64,000 nucleotides of DNA from assembly GCF_988242995.1 (NCBI RefSeq), contig NZ_OZ547043.1. One strand, given 5' to 3'. The position numbers and the translations under genes are program-made. This document shows, piece after piece, positions 1 to 11,978 of this stretch (its first letter is position 1; every line of letters begins with the position of its first letter). The notes under the pieces were generated by a model, which made no database searches, had not been told where the DNA came from, and was given only the letters and a program-made list of their open reading frames with translations.

Positions 1-108
1 GCAGGGCACGATAGTCCTGTTCCGTGTGTCTCTCTTGCATAGTTAAAAGTGAACCTCAAATCAGCTTGCGCGCTATTTTACGCGCCAACGCGCAAGGAAA
101 CTTGATTT

Positions 109-1035
109 TTAACTGCGTGGGTTGCCGAAAATTTCTAAAAATCCGCTGATTTCTGGCCTGCGCTGGGTAAACAAGGTCACAATATCTTCTACCGCTTTGC
201 CGCTGCCAAATTTGCGCCATGCCAGACTCAATGGCGAAGGAGGGCGCATCGTTGGGATTACCCGGCTGACCAGTTGTTGATTATCGATCATTGACTGGCA
301 AAGTGATTTTGGCAAAAAACCAATGCCAACGCCCGCCAGATGGGCGGCGATTTTCGTTTCCATATCGGGAACAATAATCTCTTTTTGCCCCGGCAATCGC
401 CAGGCGACGCGTTTGGTTAGTGTTCGGGCGCTGTCTTCAATATTGACCGCCGGAAAGCGCCGCAACTGTGCTTCTGTTAGCGGCTCTTCAACGTTCGCCA
501 GCGGATGATCCGCCGCCATGACAAAGCGCCATTGCACCGATCCTAAGGGATCAAGACTAAAGGTATTTGCCAGCGCCTCGGTTCCCGTGACGCCGATAGC
601 CAGTGAAAAACCTTCGTACAATAGCGAGTCCCAGACGCCCATATAGATTTGTCGGGAGATGTGAAACTGGGTAAACGGGTAACGTTCATTCAGCCACGCC
701 AGCAGCTGGGCGACGGCCTGGGGGTTGTAGAGCAGGTTGTTGATGACAATATTCACCTGGCGTTCCACGCCATCATTCACCTGTTGCAGCTCGCTGGGCA
801 TACTTTGCAGCCAGCTCAGCCAGTCTCTGGCCTGAGAAAGTAGATGCTCGCCAGCCGCTGTCAACGTCACGCTGCGAGTCGTGCGGAAAAACAGCGCCAC
901 TCCGGTATTCTCTTCCAGAAGTTTAATGCGATAACTGATCGTCGCCGTGGTTTTACACAATCGTTCTGCCGCTTTTGAAAAACTTCCTGTTTCAGCAACC
1001 GCAATGAAAGTCCGCAAGGTTTCTGGATCGAACAT
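109..1035 (-). CDS. allS: LysR-family transcriptional activator of the allantoin regulon
   Basis: 308-aa ORF with N-terminal LysR-type HTH; divergent from allA; matches recalled E. coli AllS. Confidence 0.9.
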   Translation of the reverse strand: MFDPETLRTFIAVAETGSFSKAAERLCKTTATISYRIKLLEENTGVALFFRTTRSVTLTAAGEHLLSQARDWLSWLQSMPSELQQVNDGVERQVNIVINNLLYNPQAVAQLLAWLNERYPFTQFHISRQIYMGVWDSLLYEGFSLAIGVTGTEALANTFSLDPLGSVQWRFVMAADHPLANVEEPLTEAQLRRFPAVNIEDSARTLTKRVAWRLPGQKEIIVPDMETKIAAHLAGVGIGFLPKSLCQSMIDNQQLVSRVIPTMRPPSPLSLAWRKFGSGKAVEDIVTLFTQRRPEISGFLEIFGNPRS

Positions 1036-1264
1036 CTTCAGGTATCCCCTTTTAAATCCGCAAGTTGCGTGATTTTCTTATCCTCTGATTTATCAGTATT
1101 TTTACATGATAACCCTGTTCAATTTGTGGACTAAATCTAGTTTTGGAAAAATATTCCAACTTTTGTGTTGATGTTGTTCTCTTAAGGTTTTAGATTGCCT
1201 GTTATTGAAACCAAGCTGACCGGTCGGCGGTGGTTGAACGGAATTATGTTACAAGGACAAAAAG
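1036..1264. promoter_or_regulatory. allS-allA divergent promoter/operator region
   Basis: 229-bp AT-rich intergenic region between divergently oriented allS and allA; no binding site identified by eye. Confidence 0.35.
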
Positions 1265-1747
1265 ATGAAACTTCAGGTATTACCGTTAAGTCAGGAAGCC
1301 TTTAGTGCTTATGGCGACGTAATCGAAACGCAGCAACGGGATTTTTTCCATATTAACAATGGCCTGGTGGAGCGTTACCACGATTTGGCGCTGGTTGAGA
1401 TTCTTGAGCAAGACCGTACGCTTATCAGCATTAACCGCGCGCAACCGGCGAATCTGCCGCTGACCATTCACGAACTCGAACGTCATCCGCTGGGTACTCA
1501 GGCCTTTATCCCGATGAAAGGTGAAGTGTTTGTGGTGGTCGTGGCGTTAGGTGACGACAAACCAGACCTGTCAACGCTGCGGGCGTTTATCACCAACGGT
1601 GAACAGGGGGTGAATTACCATCGTAACGTCTGGCATCACCCACTTTTCGCCTGGCAGCGCGTCACCGATTTTCTGACCATCGATCGCGGCGGCAGTGACA
1701 ACTGTGATGTTGAAAGTATTCCTGAACAGGAACTCTGTTTTGCGTGA
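1265..1747 (+). CDS. allA: ureidoglycolate lyase
   Basis: 160-aa ORF matching recalled AllA; position in all cluster. Confidence 0.9.
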
Positions 1748-1824
1748 CGCCTGCAACCGACTTGCATAAGATAAACTAATTGTTCATTGTTTATGCTCAC
1801 TTGTAGGTCGGAGTTAACGTAGGT

Positions 1825-2640
1825 ATGACGGAAGTTAGACGGCGCGGCAGGCCAGGACAGGCGGAGCCTGTGGCACAGAAGGGCGCACAGGCGTTAGAGC
1901 GGGGAATTGCGATTCTGCAATATCTGGAAAAAAGTGGGGGAAGTTCATCGGTTAGCGATATTTCTCTCAATCTGGATTTGCCGCTCTCCACGACCTTTCG
2001 CTTGCTGAAGGTTTTACAGGCAGCGGATTTTGTCTATCAGGACAGTCAGTTAGGCTGGTGGCATATAGGATTAGGTGTCTTTAACGTCGGTGCAGCGTAC
2101 ATCCATAACCGCGATGTCCTCTCCGTCGCCGGGCCGTTTATGCGCCGCCTGATGTTACTTTCCGGCGAAACGGTCAATGTCGCGATCCGTAACGGCAATG
2201 AAGCGGTATTAATTGGTCAGTTAGAGTGTAAATCGATGGTCAGGATGTGTGCGCCGCTGGGCAGTCGTCTGCCGCTGCATGCTTCCGGTGCGGGCAAGGC
2301 GCTGCTTTATCCGCTGGCGGAAGAGGAGTTGATGAGCATCATTCTGCAAACCGGTTTGCAGCAGTTTACGCCAACGACGCTTGTGGATATGCCCACCTTG
2401 CTGAAGGATCTGGAACAAGCGCGTGAACTGGGCTATACCGTAGATAAAGAAGAGCATGTTGTCGGCCTGAATTGCATAGCTTCAGCAATTTACGATGATG
2501 TAGGTAGTGTTGTTGCCGCTATCTCCATCTCCGGGCCTTCATCAAGACTGACAGAAGATCGTTTTGTCAGTCAGGGTGAGCTGGTCAGAGACACCGCCCG
2601 CGATATCAGCACGGCGTTGGGACTGAAAGCACATCCATAG
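1825..2640 (+). CDS. allR: IclR-family repressor of allantoin/glyoxylate genes
   Basis: 271-aa ORF with IclR-type HTH and effector domain; matches recalled AllR. Confidence 0.9.
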
Positions 2641-2653
2641 TGTCTGTCGCATC

Positions 2654-2677
2654 CCGCTCTGCGGAGCGGGTTTTTTT
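2654..2677 (+). terminator. rho-independent terminator after allR
   Basis: GC hairpin cccgctc...gagcggg followed by a run of 7 T. Confidence 0.5.
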
Positions 2678-2729
2678 GACAAAATTTGAAAGTTGGAAAA
2701 TTTTTCCAATTAATAGAGGTAGGAATAAA

Positions 2730-4511
2730 ATGGCAAAAATGAGAGCCGTTGACGCGGCAATGTATGTGCTGGAGAAAGAAGGTATCACCACCGCCTTCGG
2801 CGTTCCGGGAGCAGCAATCAATCCGTTCTATTCAGCGATGCGTAAGCACGGCGGTATTCGTCACATTCTGGCGCGTCATGTGGAAGGTGCTTCGCACATG
2901 GCGGAAGGTTATACCCGCGCAACGGCAGGGAATATCGGCGTATGTCTGGGAACCTCGGGACCAGCAGGCACTGACATGATCACCGCGCTCTATTCCGCTT
3001 CTGCTGATTCCATTCCTATTCTGTGTATTACCGGTCAGGCACCGCGCGCCCGTCTGCATAAAGAAGATTTTCAGGCCGTAGATATTGAAGCAATTGCTAA
3101 ACCGGTCAGCAAAATGGCGGTTACAGTTCGTGAAGCGGCGCTGGTGCCTCGTGTGCTGCAACAGGCATTTCACCTGATGCGTTCTGGTCGTCCGGGGCCG
3201 GTACTGGTGGATTTACCGTTTGACGTACAGGTTGCGGAAATCGAGTTTGATCCTGACATGTACGAACCGCTGCCGGTCTACAAACCTGCAGCCAGCCGTA
3301 TGCAGATCGAAAAAGCGGTAGAAATGTTAATTCAGGCCGAACGTCCGGTGATTGTTGCCGGGGGCGGGGTAATCAATGCTGACGCAGCTGCACTGCTACA
3401 ACAGTTTGCTGAACTGACCAGCGTTCCGGTGATCCCAACGCTGATGGGCTGGGGCTGTATCCCGGATGACCACGAACTGATGGCCGGGATGGTGGGTCTG
3501 CAAACCGCGCATCGTTACGGTAACGCAACGCTACTGGCGTCCGACATGGTGTTTGGTATCGGTAACCGTTTTGCTAACCGTCATACCGGTTCGGTAGAGA
3601 AATACACCGAAGGGCGCAAAATCGTTCATATCGATATTGAGCCGACGCAAATTGGCCGCGTGCTGTGTCCGGATCTCGGCATTGTCTCTGATGCTAAAGC
3701 AGCGCTGACGCTGCTGGTTGAAGTGGCGCAGGAGATGCAAAAAGCGGGTCGTCTGCCGTGTCGTAAAGAATGGGTCGCCGACTGCCAGCAGCGCAAACGC
3801 ACTTTGCTGCGCAAAACCCACTTCGACAACGTGCCGGTGAAACCGCAGCGCGTGTATGAAGAGATGAACAAAGCCTTTGGTCGCGATGTTTGTTATGTCA
3901 CCACCATTGGTCTGTCACAAATCGCTGCGGCACAAATGCTGCATGTCTTTAAAGACCGCCACTGGATCAACTGTGGGCAGGCAGGCCCGCTGGGCTGGAC
4001 GATTCCGGCGGCGCTGGGGGTTTGTGTCGCGGATCCAGAGCGCAAAGTGGTGGCGATTTCCGGTGACTTCGACTTCCAGTTCCTGATTGAAGAGTTAGCC
4101 GTTGGCGCACAGTTCAACATTCCGTACATCCATGTACTGGTCAACAACGCTTATCTGGGGCTGATTCGCCAGTCGCAGCGCGCGTTTGATATGGATTACT
4201 GCGTACAGCTCGCGTTCGAAAATATTAACTCCAGCGAAGTGAACGGTTACGGCGTCGACCACGTAAAAGTAGCGGAAGGTTTAGGTTGTAAAGCGATTCG
4301 CGTTTTCAAACCGGAAGATATAGCACCAGCCTTTGAACAGGCGAAAGCCTTAATGGCGCAATATCGGGTACCGGTAGTCGTGGAAGTTATTCTCGAGCGT
4401 GTGACCAATATTTCGATGGGCAGCGAACTGGATAATGTCATGGAATTTGACGATATCGCCGATAACGCAGTGGATGCACCAACTGAAACCTGCTTCATGC
4501 ACTATGAATAA
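2730..4511 (+). CDS. gcl: glyoxylate carboligase (ThDP-dependent)
   Basis: 593 aa from ATG at 2730 preceded by AGAGGTAGG RBS; the track ORF from 2640 is an upstream extension. Confidence 0.9.
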   Translation: MAKMRAVDAAMYVLEKEGITTAFGVPGAAINPFYSAMRKHGGIRHILARHVEGASHMAEGYTRATAGNIGVCLGTSGPAGTDMITALYSASADSIPILCITGQAPRARLHKEDFQAVDIEAIAKPVSKMAVTVREAALVPRVLQQAFHLMRSGRPGPVLVDLPFDVQVAEIEFDPDMYEPLPVYKPAASRMQIEKAVEMLIQAERPVIVAGGGVINADAAALLQQFAELTSVPVIPTLMGWGCIPDDHELMAGMVGLQTAHRYGNATLLASDMVFGIGNRFANRHTGSVEKYTEGRKIVHIDIEPTQIGRVLCPDLGIVSDAKAALTLLVEVAQEMQKAGRLPCRKEWVADCQQRKRTLLRKTHFDNVPVKPQRVYEEMNKAFGRDVCYVTTIGLSQIAAAQMLHVFKDRHWINCGQAGPLGWTIPAALGVCVADPERKVVAISGDFDFQFLIEELAVGAQFNIPYIHVLVNNAYLGLIRQSQRAFDMDYCVQLAFENINSSEVNGYGVDHVKVAEGLGCKAIRVFKPEDIAPAFEQAKALMAQYRVPVVVEVILERVTNISMGSELDNVMEFDDIADNAVDAPTETCFMHYE

Positions 4512-4523
4512 GGGAGATAAATA

Positions 4524-5300
4524 ATGTTACGTTTCTCTGCTAATTTATCGATGTTATTTGGTGAATATGATTTTCTCGCCCGTTTTGAGAAAGCTGCGCA
4601 GTGTGGTTTTCGCGGCGTTGAATTTATGTTCCCTTATGACTACGACATTGAAGAATTAAAACAGGTGCTGGCGAGTAATAAACTCGAACATACGCTGCAC
4701 AATTTACCGGCAGGTGACTGGGCGGCGGGCGAGCGGGGTATTGCCTGTATTCCTGGCCGTGAAGAAGAGTTTCGGGATGGCGTAGCAGCAGCGATTCGTT
4801 ATGCCCGTGCGCTGGGTAATAAAAAAATTAACTGTCTGGTCGGTAAAACGCCGGCTGGTTTCAGCAGTGAACAGATTCACGCAACGCTTGTAGAAAACCT
4901 GCGTTATGCCGCGAATATGCTGATGAAAGAAGATATTTTATTACTGATTGAACCTATTAACCATTTTGATATTCCTGGTTTCCATCTCACCGGAACTCGG
5001 CAGGCGCTGAAATTGATTGATGATGTTGGTTGCTGCAATTTGAAAATTCAGTATGACATTTATCACATGCAGCGGATGGAAGGTGAATTAACCAACACTA
5101 TGACGCAATGGGCCGATAAAATTGGTCACCTGCAAATTGCCGATAATCCGCATCGCGGCGAACCGGGGACCGGAGAAATTAATTATGATTATCTCTTTAA
5201 GGTAATCGAAAATTCTGACTACAACGGTTGGGTTGGGTGTGAATATAAACCCCAAACCACCACGGAAGCCGGTTTACGCTGGATGGATCCGTACCGTTAA
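4524..5300 (+). CDS. hyi: hydroxypyruvate isomerase
   Basis: 258-aa ORF, TIM-barrel xylose-isomerase-like; matches recalled Hyi. Confidence 0.9.
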   Translation: MLRFSANLSMLFGEYDFLARFEKAAQCGFRGVEFMFPYDYDIEELKQVLASNKLEHTLHNLPAGDWAAGERGIACIPGREEEFRDGVAAAIRYARALGNKKINCLVGKTPAGFSSEQIHATLVENLRYAANMLMKEDILLLIEPINHFDIPGFHLTGTRQALKLIDDVGCCNLKIQYDIYHMQRMEGELTNTMTQWADKIGHLQIADNPHRGEPGTGEINYDYLFKVIENSDYNGWVGCEYKPQTTTEAGLRWMDPYR

Positions 5301-5399
5301 AACGTAACGCTATTCAGACAATGCTTTTTTAGGCCGCTAAGTTGGCAGGGGATCGTGTTGTCTGAATTCAGGAAAAGCGAAATTTAAAAGAGGTTAATT

Positions 5400-6278
5400 A
5401 TGAAACTGGGATTTATTGGCTTAGGCATTATGGGTACACCGATGGCCATTAATCTGGCGCGAGCCGGTCATCAACTGCATGTCACAACCATTGGTCCGGT
5501 TGCTGATGAATTACTGTCACTGGGTGCCGTCAGTGTTGAAACTGCGCGCCAGGTAACGGAAGCATCGGACATCATTTTTATTATGGTGCCGGATACGCCA
5601 CAGGTTGAAGAAGTTCTGTTTGGTGAAAATGGTTGTACCAAAGCCTCGCTGAAGGGCAAAACCATTGTTGATATGAGCTCCATTTCCCCGATTGAAACTA
5701 AACGTTTCGCTCGTCAGGTGAATGAACTGGGCGGCGATTATCTCGATGCGCCCGTCTCCGGCGGTGAAATCGGCGCGCGTGAAGGGACGTTGTCGATTAT
5801 GGTTGGCGGTGACGAAGCGGTATTTGAACGTGTTAAACCGCTGTTTGAACTGCTCGGTAAAAATATCACCCTCGTGGGCGGTAACGGCGACGGTCAAACC
5901 TGCAAAGTGGCAAATCAGATTATCGTGGCGCTCAATATTGAAGCGGTTTCTGAAGCCCTGCTATTTGCTTCAAAAGCCGGAGCGGATCCGGTACGTGTGC
6001 GCCAGGCGCTGATGGGCGGCTTTGCTTCCTCACGTATTCTGGAAGTTCACGGTGAGCGTATGATTAAACGCACCTTTAATCCAGGTTTCAAAATTGCGCT
6101 GCACCAGAAAGATCTCAACCTGGCACTGCAAAGTGCGAAAGCACTGGCGCTGAACCTGCCAAACACCGCGACCTGCCAGGAATTGTTTAATACCTGTGCG
6201 GCAAACGGTGGCAGCCAGTTGGATCACTCTGCGTTAGTGCAGGCGCTGGAATTAATGGCTAACCATAAACTGGCCTGA
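5400..6278 (+). CDS. glxR: tartronate semialdehyde reductase
   Basis: 292-aa ORF with N-terminal GxGxxG NAD-binding motif (GLGIMG). Confidence 0.9.
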   Translation: MKLGFIGLGIMGTPMAINLARAGHQLHVTTIGPVADELLSLGAVSVETARQVTEASDIIFIMVPDTPQVEEVLFGENGCTKASLKGKTIVDMSSISPIETKRFARQVNELGGDYLDAPVSGGEIGAREGTLSIMVGGDEAVFERVKPLFELLGKNITLVGGNGDGQTCKVANQIIVALNIEAVSEALLFASKAGADPVRVRQALMGGFASSRILEVHGERMIKRTFNPGFKIALHQKDLNLALQSAKALALNLPNTATCQELFNTCAANGGSQLDHSALVQALELMANHKLA

Positions 6279-6447
6279 TACCCGCAATAAAAATGGCCGA
6301 TATCAGAAAATGAATCGGCCAGCAATATTAAAAAAAGAAAGCAGCCAAAGATGTTGCTTCAGTATTAAAAATAATATTTTTATTTTATTTGTTCCTCATA
6401 GCTAGATTAAAAAGACGTTATTCGATACGTGAAATTAAGAGGGATTT

Positions 6448-7902
6448 ATGGAACATCAGAGAAAACTATTCCAGCAACGCGGCTATAGCGAAGATCTATT
6501 GCCGAAAACGCAAAGCCAGCGGACCTGGAAAACATTTAACTATTTTACCTTATGGATGGGTTCGGTTCATAACGTTCCCAATTATGTGATGGTCGGCGGC
6601 TTTTTTATTCTCGGCTTGTCTACCTTTAGTATTATGCTGGCAATTATCCTCAGCGCCTTTTTCATTGCCGCGGTAATGGTATTAAACGGTGCTGCGGGCA
6701 GTAAATACGGTGTGCCTTTTGCCATGATCCTGCGTGCTTCTTACGGCGTACGTGGTGCACTATTTCCCGGATTATTAAGAGGCGGGATTGCTGCCATTAT
6801 GTGGTTTGGCCTGCAATGTTACGCTGGATCGCTGGCCTGCTTGATCCTGATTGGCAAAATCTGGCCGGGATTTTTAACTCTCGGTGGTGATTTTACCCTG
6901 TTAGGGCTTTCTCTACCGGGCTTAATCACTTTCTTACTCTTCTGGCTGGTAAACGTCGGAATCGGTTTCGGTGGTGGCAAAGTTTTAAATAAATTCACCG
7001 CCATTCTTAACCCGTGCATCTATGTTGTCTTCGGCGGTATGGCGATTTGGGCAATTTCACTGGTCGGGATCGGTCCAATCTTTGACTACATTCCGAGCGG
7101 TATTCAGAAAGCAGAAAACGGTGGCTTCCTGTTCCTGGTGGTGATTAACGCGGTAGTTGCGGTCTGGGCGGCACCGGCGGTGAGCGCATCCGACTTTACG
7201 CAAAACGCCCACTCGTTTCGTGAGCAAGCGCTGGGGCAAACGCTGGGGTTAGTTGTGGCCTATATTCTGTTTGCGGTCGCCGGGGTATGTATTATTGCCG
7301 GAGCCAGTATTCACTACGGCGCTGACACCTGGAACGTGCTGGATATTGTTCAGCGTTGGGACAGCCTGTTTGCCTCGTTCTTTGCGGTACTGGTTATTCT
7401 GATGACGACTATCTCCACTAACGCCACTGGTAATATTATTCCGGCTGGTTATCAGATTGCCGCTATTGCACCGACGAAACTGACCTATAAAAACGGCGTA
7501 CTGATTGCCAGTATTATCAGCCTGCTGATCTGCCCGTGGAAATTAATGGAAAATCAGGACAGTATTTATCTGTTCCTCGATATTATTGGCGGAATGCTGG
7601 GTCCGGTAATTGGTGTCATGATGGCGCATTATTTTGTGGTAATGCGCGGACAAATTAATCTTGATGAACTGTATACCGCAGCAGGGGATTTCAAATATTA
7701 CGATAACGGCTTTAACCTTACCGCGTTCTCAGTAACTTTGGTCGCCGTTATTTTATCTCTCGGTGGTAAATTTATTCCGTTCATGGAGCCTTTATCACGC
7801 GTTTCATGGTTTGTCGGCGTTATTGTCGCCTTTGCGGCCTACGCCTTATTAAAGAAACGTACTACAGCAGAAAAAACAGGAGAACAAAAAGTCACAGGTT
7901 AA
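6448..7902 (+). CDS. ybbW: allantoin permease (NCS1 family)
   Basis: 484-aa polytopic membrane protein; position between glxR and allB. Confidence 0.85.
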   Translation: MEHQRKLFQQRGYSEDLLPKTQSQRTWKTFNYFTLWMGSVHNVPNYVMVGGFFILGLSTFSIMLAIILSAFFIAAVMVLNGAAGSKYGVPFAMILRASYGVRGALFPGLLRGGIAAIMWFGLQCYAGSLACLILIGKIWPGFLTLGGDFTLLGLSLPGLITFLLFWLVNVGIGFGGGKVLNKFTAILNPCIYVVFGGMAIWAISLVGIGPIFDYIPSGIQKAENGGFLFLVVINAVVAVWAAPAVSASDFTQNAHSFREQALGQTLGLVVAYILFAVAGVCIIAGASIHYGADTWNVLDIVQRWDSLFASFFAVLVILMTTISTNATGNIIPAGYQIAAIAPTKLTYKNGVLIASIISLLICPWKLMENQDSIYLFLDIIGGMLGPVIGVMMAHYFVVMRGQINLDELYTAAGDFKYYDNGFNLTAFSVTLVAVILSLGGKFIPFMEPLSRVSWFVGVIVAFAAYALLKKRTTAEKTGEQKVTG

Positions 7903-7962
7903 TTAATCCCGATATTGAACATTGAGTTAAAAAACCAATCTGTATTTTACAAGGAGTTTGTT

Positions 7963-9324
7963 ATGTCTTTTGATTTAATCATTAAAAACGGCACCGTTAT
8001 TTTAGAAAACGAAGCTCGCGTTGTAGATATCGCCGTTAAAGGCGGAAAAATTGCTGCTATCGGTCAGGATCTGGGCGATGCAAAAGAAGTTATGGATGCG
8101 TCTGGTCTGGTGGTTTCTCCAGGCATGGTTGATGCGCACACCCATATTTCTGAGCCGGGTCGTAGCCACTGGGAAGGTTATGAAACCGGTACTCGCGCAG
8201 CGGCAAAAGGTGGTATCACCACCATGATCGAAATGCCGCTCAATCAGCTGCCTGCAACGGTTGACCGCGCTTCAATTGAACTGAAGTTCGATGCTGCTAA
8301 AGGCAAGCTGACTATCGATGCGGCGCAACTCGGTGGCCTGGTGTCTTACAACATCGACCGTCTGCATGAGCTGGATGAAGTGGGCGTTGTCGGCTTCAAA
8401 TGCTTCGTTGCGACCTGTGGCGATCGCGGTATCGACAACGACTTCCGTGACGTCAATGACTGGCAGTTCTTCAAAGGTGCGCAGAAGCTGGGCGAACTGG
8501 GGCAGCCGGTGCTGGTGCACTGCGAAAACGCACTGATCTGTGATGCACTGGGCGAAGAAGCGAAAAGTGAAGGTCGCGTAACTGCCCATGACTATGTGGC
8601 TTCGCGTCCGGTATTTACCGAAGTGGAAGCGATTCGCCGCGTACTGTACCTGGCGAAAGTTGCCGGTTGCCGTCTGCACATTTGCCATATCAGCAGCCCG
8701 GAAGGCGTTGAGGAAGTGACTCGTGCACGTCAGGAAGGTCAGGATGTTACCTGTGAATCCTGCCCGCATTACTTTGTACTGGATACCGATCAGTTCGAAG
8801 AAATCGGTACTCTGGCGAAGTGTTCACCGCCGATCCGCGATCTGGAAAACCAGAAAGGCATGTGGGAAAAACTATTTAACGGTGAAATCGACTGCCTGGT
8901 TTCCGACCACTCACCATGCCCTCCGGAAATGAAAGCCGGCAACATCATGGAAGCATGGGGCGGTATTGCCGGTCTGCAAAACTGTATGGACGTGATGTTC
9001 GATGAAGCGGTACAGAAACGCGGAATGTCTCTGCCAATGTTCGGCAAATTAATGGCGACTAACGCAGCAGATATTTTCGGTCTGCAGCAAAAAGGCCGTA
9101 TCGCCCTAGGAAAAGATGCCGACTTCGTCTTCATTCAGCCGAATAGCAGCTATGTTCTTACCAATGACGATCTGGAATATCGCCACAAAGTCAGCCCGTA
9201 TGTTGGCCGTACCATTGGCGCGCGTATCACGAAAACCATCTTACGTGGTGATGTGATTTACGACATTGAACAGGGCTTCCCTGTTGCGCCGAAAGGTCAA
9301 TTTATCCTTAAACATCAGCAGTAA
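7963..9324 (+). CDS. allB: allantoinase
   Basis: 453 aa from ATG at 7963 with AAGGAG RBS; amidohydrolase metal-binding motifs (DAHTH). Confidence 0.9.
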   Translation: MSFDLIIKNGTVILENEARVVDIAVKGGKIAAIGQDLGDAKEVMDASGLVVSPGMVDAHTHISEPGRSHWEGYETGTRAAAKGGITTMIEMPLNQLPATVDRASIELKFDAAKGKLTIDAAQLGGLVSYNIDRLHELDEVGVVGFKCFVATCGDRGIDNDFRDVNDWQFFKGAQKLGELGQPVLVHCENALICDALGEEAKSEGRVTAHDYVASRPVFTEVEAIRRVLYLAKVAGCRLHICHISSPEGVEEVTRARQEGQDVTCESCPHYFVLDTDQFEEIGTLAKCSPPIRDLENQKGMWEKLFNGEIDCLVSDHSPCPPEMKAGNIMEAWGGIAGLQNCMDVMFDEAVQKRGMSLPMFGKLMATNAADIFGLQQKGRIALGKDADFVFIQPNSSYVLTNDDLEYRHKVSPYVGRTIGARITKTILRGDVIYDIEQGFPVAPKGQFILKHQQ

Positions 9325-9380
9325 TCTGGCCCCTGCAATGCCCGTCCTTGCGGCGGGCATTCTCCGGTTAAGGTGTGTTT

Positions 9381-10682
9381 ATGTTCAATTTTGCAGTCAG
9401 CCGCGAAAGCCTGTTATCAGGATTTCAGTGGTTTTTCTTTATTTTTTGCAACACTGTTGTGGTTCCTCCTACGCTACTTTCTGCTTTTCAGTTGCCGCAA
9501 AGTAGCCTGCTTACGCTCACGCAATATGCTTTTCTTGCTACCGCACTGGCCTGCTTCGCTCAGGCGTTCTGCGGTCATCGTCGCGCTATTATGGAAGGGC
9601 CGGGTGGCCTGTGGTGGGGAACCATCCTTACTATCACCCTTGGCGAAGCATCGCGCGGGACACCGATCAACGATATCGCTACCAGTCTGGCGGTGGGGAT
9701 TGCGCTCTCCGGCGTGCTGACGATGTTGATTGGTTTTAGCGGATTAGGTCATCGTCTGGCGCGGTTATTTACGCCGTCGGTGATGGTCTTGTTTATGTTG
9801 ATGCTGGGCGCGCAGCTGACCACTATCTTTTTCAAAGGTATGCTCGGGCTGCCGTTTGGCATAGCCGACCCGAATTTTAAAATTCAGTTACCGCCGTTCG
9901 CGCTTTCGGTCGCGGTGATGTGCCTGGTACTGGCGATGATTATCTTTCTGCCGCAACGTTTTGCCCGTTATGGCCTGCTGGTCGGTACGATAACCGGCTG
10001 GTTGTTGTGGTACTTTTGCTTTCCTTCTTCGCATTCGCTCTCCGGTGAGTTGCACTGGCAGTGGTTCCCGCTCGGCAGTGGCGGTGCTTTGTCGCCGGGG
10101 ATTATTCTGACGGCGGTGATTACAGGTCTGGTTAATATCAGCAATACCTACGGTGCGATTCGGGGCACGGATGTTTTTTATCCGCAGCAGGGCGCGGGGA
10201 ATACGCGTTATCGTCGTAGCTTTGTGGCGACCGGATTTATGACGCTGATAACCGTACCGCTGGCGGTAATTCCATTTTCACCGTTTGTTTCATCCATTGG
10301 TTTATTAACCCAGACTGGCGATTACACGCGGCGTTCGTTTATTTATGGCAGCGTTATTTGCCTGCTGGTGGCGCTGGTTCCGGCACTCACGCGTCTGTTT
10401 TGCAGTATCCCCTTACCAGTGAGTAGCGCGGTCATGCTGGTTTCTTATCTGCCTTTACTCTTTTCGGCGCTGGTGTTTAGCCAGCAAATAACCTTTACCG
10501 CTCGCAATATTTATCGACTCGCATTGCCGTTATTTGTCGGCATATTTTTAATGGCATTACCGCCTGTGTATCTGCAAGACCTTCCATTAACGCTGCGTCC
10601 TCTGCTCAGTAACGGCTTACTGGTCGGGATTTTACTGGCTGTTCTTATGGATAATCTTATTCCGTGGGAACGCATCGAATAA
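9381..10682 (+). CDS. ybbY: putative purine/uracil-family permease
   Basis: 433-aa polytopic membrane protein; matches recalled YbbY. Confidence 0.8.
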   Translation: MFNFAVSRESLLSGFQWFFFIFCNTVVVPPTLLSAFQLPQSSLLTLTQYAFLATALACFAQAFCGHRRAIMEGPGGLWWGTILTITLGEASRGTPINDIATSLAVGIALSGVLTMLIGFSGLGHRLARLFTPSVMVLFMLMLGAQLTTIFFKGMLGLPFGIADPNFKIQLPPFALSVAVMCLVLAMIIFLPQRFARYGLLVGTITGWLLWYFCFPSSHSLSGELHWQWFPLGSGGALSPGIILTAVITGLVNISNTYGAIRGTDVFYPQQGAGNTRYRRSFVATGFMTLITVPLAVIPFSPFVSSIGLLTQTGDYTRRSFIYGSVICLLVALVPALTRLFCSIPLPVSSAVMLVSYLPLLFSALVFSQQITFTARNIYRLALPLFVGIFLMALPPVYLQDLPLTLRPLLSNGLLVGILLAVLMDNLIPWERIE

Positions 10683-10703
10683 TTTGTTGAAAAAGGATTG
10701 ATA

Positions 10704-11849
10704 ATGAAGATTGTCATTGCGCCAGACTCGTTTAAAGAGAGCTTAAGTGCAGAAAAATGTTGTCAGGCAATTAAAGCCGGGTTTTCGACCCTCTTTCCCG
10801 ATGCGCACTATATCTGTTTGCCGATAGCGGATGGCGGCGAAGGGACGGTGGATGCGATGGTCGCCGCGACGGGCGGCAACATCGTGACGCTTGAAGTCTG
10901 CGGGCCGATGGGCGAAACAGTGAATGCTTTTTATGGCCTTACCGGCGACGGGAAAACGGCGGTGATTGAGATGGCTGCGGCAAGCGGCCTGATGCTGGTC
11001 GCGCCTGAAAAGCGTAATCCGTTGCTGGCCTCCAGTTTTGGTACGGGGGAGTTAATTCGTCATGCGCTGGATAACGGTATTCGCCATATTATTCTCGGCA
11101 TTGGCGGCAGTGCGACGGTCGACGGCGGTATGGGCATGGCGCAGGCGCTTGGTGTGCGTTTCCTTGATGCCGACGGCCAGGTGCTGGCGGCTAACGGCGG
11201 CAATTTAGCGCGCGTGGCAAGCATTGAGATGGAGGAATGCGATCCGCGTCTGGCGAACTGCCATATTGAAGTAGCATGTGACGTTGATAACCCGCTGGTA
11301 GGGGCACGCGGCGCGGCGGCGGTGTTTGGCCCGCAAAAAGGGGCAACACCGGAAATGGTCGAAGAGCTGGAACAGGGGCTGCAAAATTACGCCCGTGTTT
11401 TACAACAGCAAACTGAAATTAATGTCTGCCAGATGGCGGGCGGCGGCGCGGCGGGCGGGATGGGTATTGCGGCGGCGGTATTCCTCAATGCGGATATTAA
11501 ACCGGGTATTGAGATTGTACTGCGGGCGGTCAACCTGGAGCAGGCGGTGCAGGGCGCAGCGCTGGTGATCACCGGTGAAGGGCGCATCGACTCGCAAACG
11601 GCAGGTGGGAAAGCGCCGCTGGGCGTGGCGTCGGTGGCGAAGCAGTTTAATGTCCCGGTGATTGGGATTGCTGGCGTATTGGGTGATGGCGTGGAAGTGG
11701 TGCACCAGTACGGCATTGACGCGGTGTTCAGCATTTTGCCACGTCTGGCACCTTTAGCCGAAGTGCTCGCCAGCGGTGAAACCAATCTCTTCAACAGCGC
11801 ACGAAATATTGCCTGCGCCATTAAAATAGGTCAGGGAATTAAAAACTGA
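10704..11849 (+). CDS. glxK: glycerate kinase II
   Basis: 381-aa ORF starting [14 protein letters not shown], a glycerate kinase signature N-terminus. Confidence 0.9.
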   Translation: MKIVIAPDSFKESLSAEKCCQAIKAGFSTLFPDAHYICLPIADGGEGTVDAMVAATGGNIVTLEVCGPMGETVNAFYGLTGDGKTAVIEMAAASGLMLVAPEKRNPLLASSFGTGELIRHALDNGIRHIILGIGGSATVDGGMGMAQALGVRFLDADGQVLAANGGNLARVASIEMEECDPRLANCHIEVACDVDNPLVGARGAAAVFGPQKGATPEMVEELEQGLQNYARVLQQQTEINVCQMAGGGAAGGMGIAAAVFLNADIKPGIEIVLRAVNLEQAVQGAALVITGEGRIDSQTAGGKAPLGVASVAKQFNVPVIGIAGVLGDGVEVVHQYGIDAVFSILPRLAPLAEVLASGETNLFNSARNIACAIKIGQGIKN

Positions 11850-11862
11850 CTCTTGCCATTAG

Positions 11863-11894
11863 AGCGGATGCATTTTATCCCGCATCCGTTTTTT
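11863..11894 (+). terminator. rho-independent terminator after glxK
   Basis: hairpin gcggatgc...gcatccg followed by TTTTTT; a second hairpin nearby likely serves allE on the opposite strand. Confidence 0.5.
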
Positions 11895-11978
11895 ACCTGA
11901 ATTTACCGCAAAAAAAGCCACGGTATAAACCGTGGCAAAATCCAACATAGCTAAAAATAATCAGGCGAGTGGTATGAC

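Noticed and set aside
2640-2729. Track ORF start extending gcl by 30 codons
   Set aside because: The extension begins inside the allR terminator hairpin and lacks an RBS; the ATG at 2730 has a strong RBS and gives the expected ~593-aa enzyme.
8272-8769. 165-aa minus-strand ORF inside allB (similar antisense ORFs occur inside allC, fdrA, ylbE, ybcF, purK, cysS, terminase A, portal B and others)
   Set aside because: These lie wholly within, and antisense or out of frame to, well-supported conserved genes, with no RBS or motif support; they are treated as spurious.
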